From the NCBI GenBank assembly GCA_046563655.1, contig CM102290.1:11284001-11348000 (forward strand): a DNA stretch of 64,000 bases, given 5' to 3'. Made by a program: the position numbers and the translations under genes. The notes beneath the pieces are model-generated. The model was not told the DNA's origin. It worked only from the letters and a program-made list of their open reading frames with translations, and made no database searches. Position 1 is the first letter of the stretch, and every line of letters starts with the position of its first letter. The stretch is from Yuukianura sp. NJ FZ-2021 (lineage: Eukaryota). Below are positions 13,801-29,715 of the stretch, piece by piece.

Positions 13801-15428
13801 AAGGTATGGTCGAGATGAACGGTTCCGCGAAGTTGAAAAAACGAGGGATCGCGAAGCATTTTTCCTGGAGTATACCAAAATGGTGCAGAAAAAAGAAAAG
13901 GAAGAGCGTATTCAACGAAAAGAAAAGGTAAGACGCTGTTTTACTTCAATTTTAATATTGGTTACTATTTATTCACACTCATTACTGAGACTGAACTCAT
14001 TGTTATATTTATGAAAATTTCAGGATCGCGAAGACTTTTTGAAATTATTGTTTGAAAAAGTCAAAGATTACCGTTTGACATTACAAGACCTCAGGAAGAA
14101 ATTGGAAGGTGATGCTCGATATCAAGCTGTTGAGCCGCTAGACAGAGAGGAGTTGTTTCACAAATTCCAAAAACGTCTACGTCAAGAGCAACGCAGTCTG
14201 GATCAAGAACGGAAGCGAGAACGAGCTGCTGCTCGAGAATTGAAAAAAGCCGACAAGGAAGCAAAGACTTCCGAAGACGAGTCAACTGCTACTGGTAAAG
14301 GAAGGAAAGACTCAACAGGAGCCGAAGACATTTCGGTAACAACGAACTTTTTTTTCAATTTTACAACTGGTAACTGGATTTTTGGAAAGTTTATTTTTCT
14401 GAAACACAATTTCAGGAAGAGGAAGAGGGCTGTATCACTGATGATAGCGACGAAGACGTGAAACATGACCGAGAGAAACAGGAGAGAGCTGAACAGAGCA
14501 TTCGAGAACGTGAGAAAGAAGTTCAACGATCTCTGGCCACACATCTTCGAGACCGTGATAAAGAACGCGAATTCCATCGACATGAAGAAGCAGTTCAAGA
14601 GCTCCAAGCTCTTCTAACGGATCTCATTCGAACGCCGGACATTGTGTGGAGAGAGGGAAAACGTTTGCTCAAGAAAGACTCTCGCTGGAAATTTGTGTCT
14701 CAGCTGCCAAGACCAGAGATGGAGGAAATCTTCAGCGTGCATGTGGAGCAAATTACTCGAAAGAAATTGCAACTCTTCAAGTAAGTAACGCAGACACTTA
14801 GAATTTGAGCAATTTTATTTTTGAAAACAATTCAGCTTTGCATTGATGTGACATCGTTTTGCAGAGATCTTCTAGAAGAGAACAGAGTTACTCCAAAGAC
14901 GAAATGGCGGGACCTTTATCACAAAATTAAAAATGATCCCCGATGCAGCAAATTCAGCAGTTCAGAAAGAGTAAGCTGAGTAGTATAGGAATTTTTGTAT
15001 GCATTTGTGTATTGATATGTTTGAAACGACTTTATTCGGTACTTTCTAGAAATGCCAGCGAGAATTCGAAGAGTATATTCGTGACATGCAGGCTCATATG
15101 AAAGTCGAGTTCAGGGAACTCTTGAAGGTATGAAAACTAGAAAAAATGAGTTGAAACATATTTGAGAAAGTACTTGTCAATTTTGTAAATTCGTGTTTGT
15201 ACTCAACAGGAAACAAAAATGCTCAACTACAAGACACTCGAGGCGTTGAAGCATAATCCAAACATGATGCGAGAGATTGAGTCCCATTTGGAAAACGATC
15301 GTCGGTATCTCCAACTGGACAATGTGGCATCGGAACGTGAACGCTTGCTTACAGAGTACTTGGAAGATTTGGAAGTGAAAGGACCACCTCCTCCTCCGAC
15401 TGCTTCCGAACCCACTCGCCGCAAATAA
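10877..15428 (+). CDS. TCERG1: Transcription elongation regulator 1 (CA150); three WW domains plus FF domains
   Basis: Pro/Gly-rich N-terminus; WW motifs VYYYNTRTRETMWERP, PYYFSSKTQSSVWEKP and WCVVWTGDRRVFFYNP; FF motif [20 protein letters not shown]; C-terminus GPPPPPTASEPTRR. Probable non-coding 5' exons end at about 10317 and span about 10483-10555. Confidence 0.95.
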
Positions 15429-16682
15429 AACTTTCCGTCATGTCCATGTCCATCCCGAGTCCCCCGTCAACAGATTTTTTTATGTCGTTTTGTAGCGTTG
15501 TGCCCTGCAAACACATTATAATTAAAGACGCGGTAAGGGATTCAAATAATTAACTAATCGTTAGTGACCCTGCCTAGTAGATAGTGATTCTTTGTTTACG
15601 TTTAATATCACTCCTAAGCTTAGCTTATTGACTTATATTTAATTGACTTACTATGTTTAACGTTCGAAACGTTTTTACTTCAGGAAAGTGCGGCATGAAC
15701 TCTTAACTTATAATTAATTCCAAACACTTGAAACTCTTTGTTGCGATATTTCTGTTCTCTGGGTTTAGTTCATCGCCTTCTGTCAACTGCACGTTCTTAA
15801 TAGAATCAAAATTTATATATATTATGAACTAAATTAATAAATATATAAAAAATGTAAAGGCTAAAAAAACGACGCGATGGCCTCTTTACTGCGATAACTG
15901 GCAATCGTCAGTACGGATATTTTGCTGCTTGCTGGTCCGAGTACCTGAGACTTCCCAATATAATAATTATTATGTAATTTAATTTAATTATTATTGATAT
16001 TTATATTAGCATTCATTTTTAAGTTATGTTTCCTTAGTTTTCATGGGTTTAGCACTTCATAGGATGGAACAGAAGAGTCGCGTGCCCATATAAGAGAGGG
16101 GGGTGTTGTTGCGTGGTTACAAAAGCCACCACCACCCACCCCACCGCAGGAGGAGAGGAATCCGTCGAACCGACAAACAAAAGCAAACAAATGCAATGAA
16201 GAAACTGAAGTGGTTGACCCTGCCTTTTGTCTCTCCTTTTACTCCTTACTATTACAACTGTCTTTCTCCTCTTTTCCGGTTATTGTTAACCACTGGTTTA
16301 TACTCAATTAACGATTAATTGAGTGCTTTCGCGGTTTAGGATTCACTAAAACTTCAATACGAGTCAATTGAGGGAATTTTCGTCGGCTTGACGCACGAGA
16401 CGAAGGAACGATCAACGTAATTTGGAGCACTTTGGTGAGAAGGACTACTGTCATAATGAATTTAACTTAATTACACGATATTGATTCATTATTGCCTACT
16501 AAAGATTGGATTGTGATTTGTTGAATCTTAGTTTCAGACCCTGAGGGTCGAGGGTCTTCCGTGAAGGAAATCCAATCCTGTGTAACCCAGCCTTCTAAAT
16601 GTGGCTTGTTACGCAACATTTCTGAGAAGAGTGACGCATACTCAAGTCTTCTGTGTACATACGAGCGACTTCGAAGTTAAAG

Positions 16683-18302
<1,620 letters not shown>

Positions 18303-20247
18303 AAAAGCCTTCCACAACTAATAACCGTTGCTCATCAAGTGCCTATGTAATCGTCGTTCAACCAGAGGGTCCAAATGGTTAGTTAATACTTAAGGTTGTT
18401 TGTTAGCAGGGTAAACGATTAAGCCCAGCCATGATATGTAACACGAGCTCAAATTCATTTATGCCTTCATTTCTAATGTATCAATTTCTCTTATAGGGTA
18501 CAAAGTCCCACAAATGCTAAGTTTAATTAGCTGACTTAGGTTAAAGTTGTATCCACAACTACAGCTGATTCTTCTCTCTGCAATTTGAATTTCATTTCGA
18601 AAGATTTTAGGATGCAAAGTCCTAACTTAACTTTTTTTTCTGAATTCCCGGTCCGCACTGTCACAATGGTGAAAACCGTTTGTACACCGACATCAATGAC
18701 ATGGACACGACAGTACCTGTTGGATGGGTGGACAGTCGGCTGTAGTTGTGGGTACTTGGAGTCCATTCCAATACTTCTAGCGTTGTGTCACAATTTAAAC
18801 TTAAGGTTAATTCTGCTTAAAGAAAGTGGTACTGTAGTGTGGCTGGTGTATCAATGGGCTCCGTAGGTGAAGGTTCTTTGTTGGTAGAGACGTTAGGTTT
18901 CTCGCAAAGAAGCTTCGTCCACGACGGTAGCCCATGGATACATTAGGTACACTATAATGTCACTACTTTAGTAGCGTTAGATCAGAGCCAGTATGGTAAA
19001 CACTAAAAATGTTAAGGGGCTCACATTAACTAAAGACTTGCGTGTCGACAGGTCTTGCCAAAACGTTGAGATTGCATTATGGTAGGGTGTTATTTTCTAT
19101 TTAGGGAGGCTGAGTCCTTCCAGTACTTTTTACCTTCCAATAATTGTTCCAAACGATCTCCCATTCCGAAAGTTTCCATGCTGGTTCAGTAACCACTGCT
19201 CGCGCCACGGTTGTTCCAATAACGAAAGTTGTATGTACAAGGCCCATTTCTTAGGAAATGCACACTATACATCGATAATTTCAATGCTTTTTTAAAGGTT
19301 GTTTCATACGCTGCCTCACCCTGGTCACTTCACAGCGACCCCAAACTTACAACGCTTTTCGGGTCAAACCGAAAAGTTTTTTTCATTTTCGAATGAAAAT
19401 GATTGCAAAGCGATCAACGTTTCGCTGAACACGGATTTCAAAACGAAATGTTGCTGAGCACCCAACATTCCAAAAACTAAACGAATTACATTTCCCGTGT
19501 CAAAATCGGAAGTGTTACGCTTCATGCGACGAAGTCGCGCTCTTCCTAATTGATTTTCTAAATCTACGTTTCCATGCGCTATGTGTTTTCCAAAACTACG
19601 GTTTTGACGATATGTTTCAATACTTTATACTTTATACTTTCCAAAACGCTTCCAATACTATTTTCAAACGATCTCCTTATTTCGCAGGGCTTCATCAGTA
19701 CCTACTTTCCTAAAAAAGTATGACAAATGATGGTCATGCGGTGAGAGTGGTTGTCTGAACTAGACCTTACTTATTGCCAAGTCCAAATGTACCAAACTTA
19801 ACTTTAATTCTTTATTTTCAACGATTACTGTGAACCTTCCAGTAGAGTTTTACCGTAACTTATTAATAGTAAGTGTTATTTAAATATTAAGTGGAGTAAG
19901 ATGACGTTATACTTTTAATGTTTTTCTTAGAGTCACCGATAATGTTTACAATTGTAGAGCGTTTGACGCAACACGTTTGAGGAGAAACAGTGTCGCTCTT
20001 TTTGTCTCAAAAGTTTCTTTCGACCTTCATGTATTGAAGATTGTGAAGATGGCAGGAGGTTTTGGGACACAAGAGAGAAACAGTTTTCCGCAAATGTGTT
20101 TAGCGTTAAAAGTTTTACAATTGGTCGTTGAACTATTCAACGTTCGTTTTACTTTTATGAAACCCGAAATATGTGACACAAAAAGAGCAAAAGCGGATTT
20201 GAATTAGAAAAATGGCGTTAACGGTTGTGGTGATGCAAGACGCTGCG

Positions 20248-20535
20248 TAATTTAAGAGGAACAGAAAACCCTGCAAGGTTTATGTAATTTAAGGGGAACA
20301 GAAAACCCTGCAAGGTTTATGTAATTTAAGGGGAACAGAAAACCCTGCAAGGTTTATGTAATTTAAGGGGAACAGAAAACCCTGCAAGGTTTATGTAATT
20401 TAAGGGGAACAGAAAACCCTGCAAGGTTTATGTAATTTAAGCGGAACAGAAAACCCTGCAAGATGTTTAATGTAATCTTAGAGGAACAGAAAACCCTGCA
20501 AGGTGTTATGTAATTTAAGAGGAACAGAAAACCCA
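20248..20535. repeat. 37-bp tandem minisatellite, about 8 copies
   Basis: Unit TAATTTAAGGGGAACAGAAAACCCTGCAAGGTTTATG starts at 20248, 20285, 20322, 20359, 20396 and 20433, then degenerates at 20473 and 20511. No spacers between units. Confidence 0.95.
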
Positions 20536-21462
20536 GAAAACTGTGCAATGTTCAGAATTAAAGTGGAGGAGATTCAGATGAAAGCATTGTTACTTGATGT
20601 TAAAAATGTTATGGTTTAGTTACATTTCCCATCTTGTTGTTCTTTTTAAGGTGTGGAAAAGCTTGTTTGAAAAAAGAAAACTTATTTAAAGGATTCAAGT
20701 TTGTTTGTTACTTTACAAAGTATTTAACAGTAAGTTCTTAAACCAGGTTGGAAGAAACTTGAAAGAATATTTTTGTTTCTTGTTATTGTTCTCACCAACC
20801 CACCAACAAAAGTGTACCAATGCGTCAAGTAGTTACTACACTAATTTAACTTGGAACGATTAACGTAGGCTAAAGTATCGTCGTTTTTATTTCGATTGTT
20901 TTAAGGTCCGCGTTTTACCAAGTTGGAATAAATCTATTGTAATTTACCAATATTTAATTTCAATTCTTATGATAATAATTTGGAGGGAGACGTTATCCCA
21001 ACCAGCAGGAGAAATTGCAACCTCTAATATCACAATTAATTTGCTTCATCATCATTTCACAACGTTTGTGGGGAATCTCTAAACTGTTAACACAACACAA
21101 GTGACAATTAACTAAATTTTCATTAATTTAATTAAGGTATAGTTAATACTTAAAAAGGTACTTGAAGGTACGTTTGATCTCTGGGAAATTTGGGGACATT
21201 CGGTGCAGCAGAAGACTAGAATTTTATCTCGGAACGTTGTTTGAAACGAAACAAAATTTTTAAAAGGTAACTTGTAAAGCGAACAAGTAAAAAATAATAT
21301 TTTTCTCTGTTAAATTATTGCGTCACCTTTTCAAGGCTTTAAATGAAACGCTAATAACGTAAATAAATAAAGATGACATTCGATTGTCATTCCAGAGAGC
21401 GACCAGTCTATGAAGGGTGTGAGCAGTGAGTGAAGTGACCTTGCTTCGGCCATGTTAGGTGT

Positions 21463-22458
21463 TTATGAGCACTGCGTATACGTTGTGACGACGTTACCGA
21501 CGCGTTGCGTAACAGTTCGGCAGGAACTTTCATGGTGTGAGCTTTGCTGATAATGTTGGGCATGTCGGAAGCCTTCGCCGCCGTCAAAGTGATGATGGTG
21601 ACCACCACCTCCAAAATGGCTTCCAAAAAAGGAATCTCCACCGCCAAATCCATGAGACTCAAAGAAACCAGGTTCCTCTTCCTGAAAATACAACAACAGC
21701 ATTCATAATTAGAATACTTCTTGAAATTACCTTGATCTTGGATTTGACTACGTTGGCTACTGTCAAAGCAGATATAAGATTCAGATTGCAGTAACATTTT
21801 CGGCACAATCGGCCACTGTTTCAATTGTTTTTTGAGTTTCGATATCAGTAATTCAACTTACACCGTTGAAGAAGTCTTGGAAGGTGAAGAAGGAATTTGC
21901 TTGAGCTCGAGCATGAGCATCGGCATGACCTCCGTGGGGTCGACCTTGGCTGTAATGATGCTTGGCTCCACCGCCAAACGAAAAATGCGACTGAAACCCT
22001 CCACCGCCGCCTCCAAATTCCTCTCCAAAGTCAAAGTTACGAAAGAATTCGTCAAAGTTGAAGTTGAAGTTGGGATGACCTTGACCTCCAGCTGTTTCTC
22101 CACTGTCATACTGTTTCCGCTTCTTCGGATCTGACAGTGTCTCGTAAGCTAGTTTTCAAAACCAAAAATTGTTATAAGCTCATTTCAATTTCAAAAGTCA
22201 TGAAAATAGGTCAATATTTTAAAATTTACCTTCTGCTATTTCCCTGAATTTTTCTTCGGCTTCTTTGGACGGATTCTTGTCGGGATGATATTTTATTGCC
22301 AGTTTCCGGAATGCTTTCTTAATCTCATGATCCGTTGCTGTGGGCTCCACTCCAAGGGTCTTGTAGTACCCTTTGACCCCTCCTGCCGTTGCCCAATTCT
22401 CAAGTAGGCCAAGGACAAGGGCTATCACAAGACTCAGACGTCCAATCTCTAGTTCCAT
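21463..22458 (-). CDS. DNAJB9: ER-luminal DnaJ co-chaperone, DNAJB9/ERdj4-like
   Basis: Signal peptide; J-domain with YHPDKN; G/F/H-rich middle; C-terminus [19 protein letters not shown] typical of DNAJB9. Exons at about 22229-22458, 21862-22149 and 21463-21682. Confidence 0.88.
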
Positions 22459-22597
22459 TGTTGCTAGAACAATAATCTTAGCTTGGCGTCGAATCTACAA
22501 AGTCTAATTAAACCCCAATTCTCAACTCAGTTAACTAACTTGTTCAGTTAAGGGTAAATTAGGAAAGAAATTCAGAAATGAAATGACAGAAGAAACC

Positions 22598-22770
22598 CAT
22601 ATAAATACGAGAATTAAGTACAAGTGTTTTACGGAACTTGAGAAAGTTCTATTTCATTCTGGGTTTTTCTGACCTCCAGCCAATCAGAAGCCGAGAAAGA
22701 GACGCCGCGCCAATCAGAATCAAATTCTTAATTCCGCGGGAAGAATAAGACGACTAGGAGCGTTGTGATT
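22598..22770 (-). promoter_or_regulatory. DnaJ core promoter: TATA-like box and three CCAAT boxes
   Basis: TATTTATA on the minus strand at about 22599-22606; CCAATCA at about 22680 and 22710; TGATTGG at about 22766. Confidence 0.5.
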
Positions 22771-24475
22771 GGTTCTTGTGGAATTCAATTGATTTGGGGG
22801 AGTGAAGAAGGTGGAGAAGGCGGTGTTCAGGGTTTTTCTCCCCCTTTGAATTAAAAACCACGGCGGGAGGCAAGGTTGCTATAGCGCCCATTCATACAAG
22901 TGGTCTAACAGGTTATGCCATAACTCCGATTTTTTTTTAATCACGAAACTATTTTTGAACCAATTTTGTTTGTTTTCACCAGAGTCGCACTCGCAAAAAA
23001 TAAGTCCTTTAAATATTAATTTTTTATAATTTTTTTTGAAAATGAAAAGTATTTATTAATATTTTGGGGTTTTTGAAAAATATCTGTAAAGCCACATTTT
23101 GTGTAAAAAACCAAAATTTTTCAGTTTGACTTGTCAATAGTGAAGAAGATGATCATAAACTGTACTTAACTACTTTAGATAAGAATTTTGAATACGAGTC
23201 GCCGAAATTGCTTCACTGGGTATACCAAAAGGAAAAATACGGTATAAATTTTTAAAGGAAATGACTTCCAGAGTAAGTCAACAGCGCAAATTAATAGTTC
23301 GAGTAAAAACTACAAAAGTTAAACCACTATGTATGCTTTCGGGCGTCTAACTCAATTACTTTCCGAAATATTATTGTTTTTGGCAAATGGTTAGGCAAAA
23401 ATTTTACTATTTTTTAGTAAATATTTTGGTAGTTTATAGAAAATATGATTTGGGACTCTGGACGATAATCTTTTGAAATTTTTTAATTTTCACGTTGGTA
23501 AGTCATAGTCTGATTTCGAATTGCTAAGCAACGGAGCCGCTCCAGGTGTGCAGCTCGAGAAATTTGGAAGAAATGCGTTGAGGTATAACCTATTAAGAAA
23601 AAACAGACAAAATTTCGATTTAACCAACCTTGGCGGGAGGGGGACGAGAGGGACCAACAGTATAGCTAAAAAGGAGGGAAATTTTTGGGAGGGGGTTAAA
23701 CTGGCCCCCCACTGATATTCCCGGTCTCCTACGCGCCCTCTTGATAATTAATTGTGACCTTTGACCTCAAAAACTATTGTAAATATTGTAAAAATTCAAG
23801 AAGGTTAATTATGCTAAGTTTATATATAATAAAACCCATTTCAGCGTGGGACGCCGCTCTAGAGCTGGAGTGGGTTTGATATAGTTACTGTGTCCTATAC
23901 ATCCACGATTTTTTCGTTGTTGTTCTTAGGGACCCTTGTCACTCCCTCCCACAATGTTCACTAGATGCGGGCATATAATTTAGTATACCTTTACTATTTA
24001 ATATTTTACATTTAAACACATATTTAATTATATAAAGTGTATAAAATTGTACCTAAAACTCACTAGCGCGTAAAATGTGTTAAAATTACGTTAGTACCTA
24101 CGTAAAGCTATCAATTTATTGCGAGATGTGCAGATATGCGGTGGTGCTGCGGAGTAGTGCGAGATATGCTAGACATGTCAACGGAAAGACACGAAGGAGC
24201 CGACGACGACGACACGAAAGGACGAAGCTTTGCTTTCCTTGTGTACGGAAACAAAAGAAAGGGAGACGGACCGTCATTTCAGTTTACTCTGGAAGAGCGG
24301 CGGAAGGAAGACGAAGGAAGGTGGTCAATCAATTGATCAGTGGAAATTAACTGGTTTTGCGTGCTAAAACTGGTAAGTAAACTCATTTAATACTCACTTT
24401 ATACTGCTTAGTACTTTAGGTTGCATAAAATCCACTGCGTTGAGATTGACATCACTGATAAAGTGTCATAATTGA

Positions 24476-25664
<1,189 letters not shown>

Positions 25665-27206
25665 AGATTCCCAACCACCAGCACCACCATATTTACAATT
25701 TGAACGAGGAAATGGCTCGGATCAATTCTTCCTTACTCTTAGCAATTATACAGTTAGGTCCACCCCCAACAGTTTTCCAAGTTTAACTTTCCTCTAAAAA
25801 TTCTTTCTAATTTGTCTTTTGCATTCAACTCGGGGCATTTCAAGGTTATTTTTCTCAGAGTCTCAATTCGTCCCACCCCATTGGCAGGTTAGTATAATGA
25901 GATAAATGTTAAGTATCAGGTTTTACATGAGAGTACTATAATACAGGTTTTGTTTTGTTTGTTCATTTGTATTGTCGATTTATGAGAGTGAAATTAAGAG
26001 ATGGGAGGTTTCATTTAAATAAACGGATAACTTGTACCATCGTTTTTGGCGTACACAAGTTTCACCGTACTACTGGTCAAACAGCTTCTATTTTTACATA
26101 AAGGGAAGCTTTTTGACAAGTATACTGGAAATTTGTAATTATGTAAGTAATAGTAATTGATTGGCAGTTGGCAGAGTTATGGTGGTTTATTGCATCTAAC
26201 GAATGAAAAGACCGACATGGAAACTAGGCAGTTTTTTCGTTTCCTCTACGGTGTTAATTAGCAAATTAACGTTTTCCACGATTTGGAAACGATTTAACTT
26301 ACAAGTGGTTCATTATTCGAACTAATCTAAAACAAAATACTTTACCAGTACTAATGTTGAAGTAGTAAATGACTTTACATAAACAGAAAATACATAAGCA
26401 CCAAACACTCACACATTTTCAATGCAAACCTAATTACATCTCTGTTTACATTTAATGTAAACCTAACATATTAGCTAACCAACGGCTCTATGTGTCGTAA
26501 TGTGCAATGTTTACGCATTTGGCGTTTGTTTATGACCTTGATGTTGAGCTAATCACTTCACATTACGGCGTGTCACTAACAAAAAGTAATCAAGTTACAA
26601 CTAGTTAGTTTCACTAACTAAACAAAAGTTAACTTGAGCTTGATCTACATGTAAATGTTAAGTTTACGGCTAAAACGAGTTATAATATTGACCATACTAA
26701 ACAACTGTTGCACTCCGTTTAAACTTAAATTTAACAAAGTAAACACAAGTCAAAAGAACTTAATTATGAATTATAAAAGTAAAAGTAATCGGAAAGCATA
26801 CTAGCAAATCTAAATAACCTAACTGATTAATTTAGGTTCCAAAATTTGCTCATTCTAAAACTATAATATTTACATCTTCTGGGAGAAGGACGGGCAGGTA
26901 CAGACGTAGTAGATTATTTCCATGAAAATAAAAGCTTTAAAAAAACTGGGTGTCATCGGTTTGATTCGTTTTCAGAGAAAATAGAAGATTTGAAGTAACG
27001 ATGAAGAGCATCTTTGAAAATACTGGATGAAGGTTTAGAAGATCAGCATCTTCAAGTTCAAACTGGGCAAAATCTAAAAGTTAAAACTAGAAAACATTCA
27101 AAACTGGGAACATAAATATCTAAATAGTTCAAATACAAAATAGGAATTCTAATAGTTAGTAAGTTGGCATGTAATATTAAGTTACAATGAACAACTTGAC
27201 CATTTT

Positions 27207-28674
27207 TTACTTTGGTTGGAGTTGAGACTGTGCTTGGACTGGATCAGCAGGACAAGGTTCGCTTGTTGTTCGATTCATTGTTGACATTTGAACAAGAGTG
27301 GCTGCCGCTTGAGCCATTTGATCATCCGAGCATTTCTTGACATCGTCACTCTCTTGCATTCCATCCTTCCCGTCAGCGAAGAACCCTGACTTGGTCTTGC
27401 ATTCTCGAATGGTCACTGTCATTAGGTTGACTGTCACGTCGGTAATGACGATTTGATCTGCCAGGGGTTGTTTACTACGCCAGTACTCAGCGGGCGGTGC
27501 GTTGTGATTGTTATTCCGGTCCCCGTTGAGTTCACTTTCGCCTTCCGACATGTCATCAGTCATACTCAGTGGGTTGGACTTGGATGATTTGAGAGACGAC
27601 TGACGCCGCCTTCTCTCCGTCTGTTGAGAAAGTGTTGGGCTCTGACCTCGAGAAGGTGACTTGGATGATGGCTCAACCGTCGGTTCTTCAACAGACCGTC
27701 GCTGAGAAAGTTTCGCAGTACTGCTGTGACTGCTTCCAGTAGAAGTCTTTCGCATTTTTGATGGTGGTGGGGACGATGGTGATACTGATCGCTTGTTTGG
27801 AGAGGCCGAGCCATGAGACACTGGACTAGTTTTGGGCGTAGTGGTAATTGTTACTCCGATTTTACCAGATTCTCTAACAAATTAAAGTCACAAATGAGTC
27901 AGATCCTCACACCGCTGCAGATATTAGCACAATAGTAGCTATAAAAGCAATACCAGTATTAGTGATAAATGGTTACGTACTTGATAACTTCTGCTTTACG
28001 TTTCAGAACTTCCTTCTTCGGACTGGACTTTGGTGAAATATTGACACGGTCCTCAGCTCCAGAATCAAGCGCTGATGAAGGAGTCGGAGATTTTGATTTG
28101 GAAAATTCCCGAGCTCGCTCCGCACGGCTACTGGATTCACTGGATTTACTTTTAGGAGAGAGCGGCGATGAGTCTCTGTCTTTTTTCAAGGGCTGGACAA
28201 ATCATAATTGCAGAATGTCAGGGTTATCCAATCCAACTCGTAGTAAATAAGTCAGCAATTTCATTACCTTCTTCAGCAGTAGTTCCTTTTCTTTCTTACT
28301 CTTCGGTCCTCGCTTCTGAGTTCCAGGTTTTGGATCTTTCTTTTGCTGCGACTCGAAGGCTTCAATCAATCTCGAATCTAAGATGTTTTCTTCTGGTTCC
28401 CAGGTATTATGACTATAAGATCAAAGAATTCGGGTTTATGAAATCACAATTTAGTTTTAAGATTCTTATTATTACGTGATTTTACGTACCTCGGTCCCCA
28501 TCCTTTCCATTTCACATGATATTCAACCCGACCCTGTTGATTTACAAGTTAATGAAAATTGCACCATCTTTAGAATCTTTTAAACTTATAAAACGATTTG
28601 CTAACCTTGCGAACCCTCTTCTGTTCTATTCGCTCTGCTGCAAATATGCATGCTCCAAGTTCTGATAGCTCCAT
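27207..28674 (-). CDS. Pc: Polycomb (CBX2/4/6/7/8-type chromobox protein)
   Basis: Spliced chromodomain [54 protein letters not shown], which is absent from the ORF track; AT-hook-like KRGPK; C-terminal Pc box EYW...[18 protein letters not shown]. Confidence 0.92.
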
Positions 28675-29366
28675 TCTATCCTCGTCTGAGTTGGACTGAA
28701 ACAATTGAATCAAATCTAGTTAAAACGTTCAATTCTTTTCGAGGAACAAATTACGTTTACTCGTCCTCAGAGCAGCGCAGTATTAAGATTAAGCACGTTA
28801 ATTCCTCAATAATTATAAAATTCTACTAACTATGATACTATAGCATTGCATCGATAACGTAAAAACTAATTTGATGTCCTAAGCGGCACCGATTTACTTT
28901 TTTTTAGTAATTGACAACCTCTTGATATCGTTAGTCGTGGTGTCACCTCTTTTGACCGATGTCACTGAACTGTTAAACGATGATTTGACGAAACAGGAGA
29001 CTAATCAGCAGTTTTAACGATAAAAATTTACAAAATCTGCACAAGACACAAGATGACAGAACCGTTGAAAACTTACCATTGTAGATCTGTACAAGTGAAC
29101 TGGACCGACACAAGAAGATGTTTTGCCGTTGTTCGTCTTGATCTTTTGCAAATCCTCGTCTAGTATTCTTCCATACCCCTTCTGCTGTCCTGTGGTGGGT
29201 CCAAAGTTCTAGAATCCGTGCAAAATTCCTCTTATCGTAGTATCCACTTACGGAAATAGGTGGAAGATTCTCGAGACGAGTGGAAAGCCGAACTTAGAAC
29301 ATAACGACAACAAGGAGGAGGAAAACACTTTAAAGGAAGATGTGAATGCTCATGCCTCGTCGTCCA

Positions 29367-29715
29367 GAATGTCCATCTGTCTGTATGCCTTCTGTCGTTG
29401 TTCCCTACGTGTCAACCAGTGTTCCCAGTTTCGGTCACTTTTTCAAATTTTGGTCTGAAATGTCTAAAACGACTGAAATGACCGAAATGTCCGACCAAAA
29501 TGCATACACGTATGCACATGCGTCGTGTGCCACACTTGGCCACGCCTCCCCAAATTTTCAAATCTCCCGCGCCTTCTACAGGGTTAAAATTAGTTTTGGT
29601 CATCTCGGTCGACTGAAAGGGGTTGGACCGAAATGTCCAAAAGACGTTTTCGGGCGGACGACCGGAATGTCCATCTGTCTGTATGCCTTCTGTCGTTGTT
29701 CCCTACGTGTCAACC
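29367..29715. mobile_element. Transposon-like insert flanked by a perfect 51-bp direct repeat
   Basis: 29367-29417 is identical to 29665-29715. The insert junction reads CAGTGTTCCCAG (hAT-like end), and the insert carries GACCGAAATGTCC / GACTGAAA sub-repeats. Confidence 0.55.

Noticed and set aside
20248..20535. CRISPR-like array (37-bp repeats)
   Set aside because: The units abut with no unique spacers, there are no cas genes, and the context is eukaryotic.
22675..22775. ER-stress element (ERSE) upstream of DNAJB9
   Set aside because: CCAAT boxes are present, but none has CCACG at the N9 spacing.
22860..23745. Intact DNA transposon between DnaJ and HP1
   Set aside because: There are some transposon-like words near 23690-23740, but no paired termini, target-site duplication or transposase ORF could be defined.
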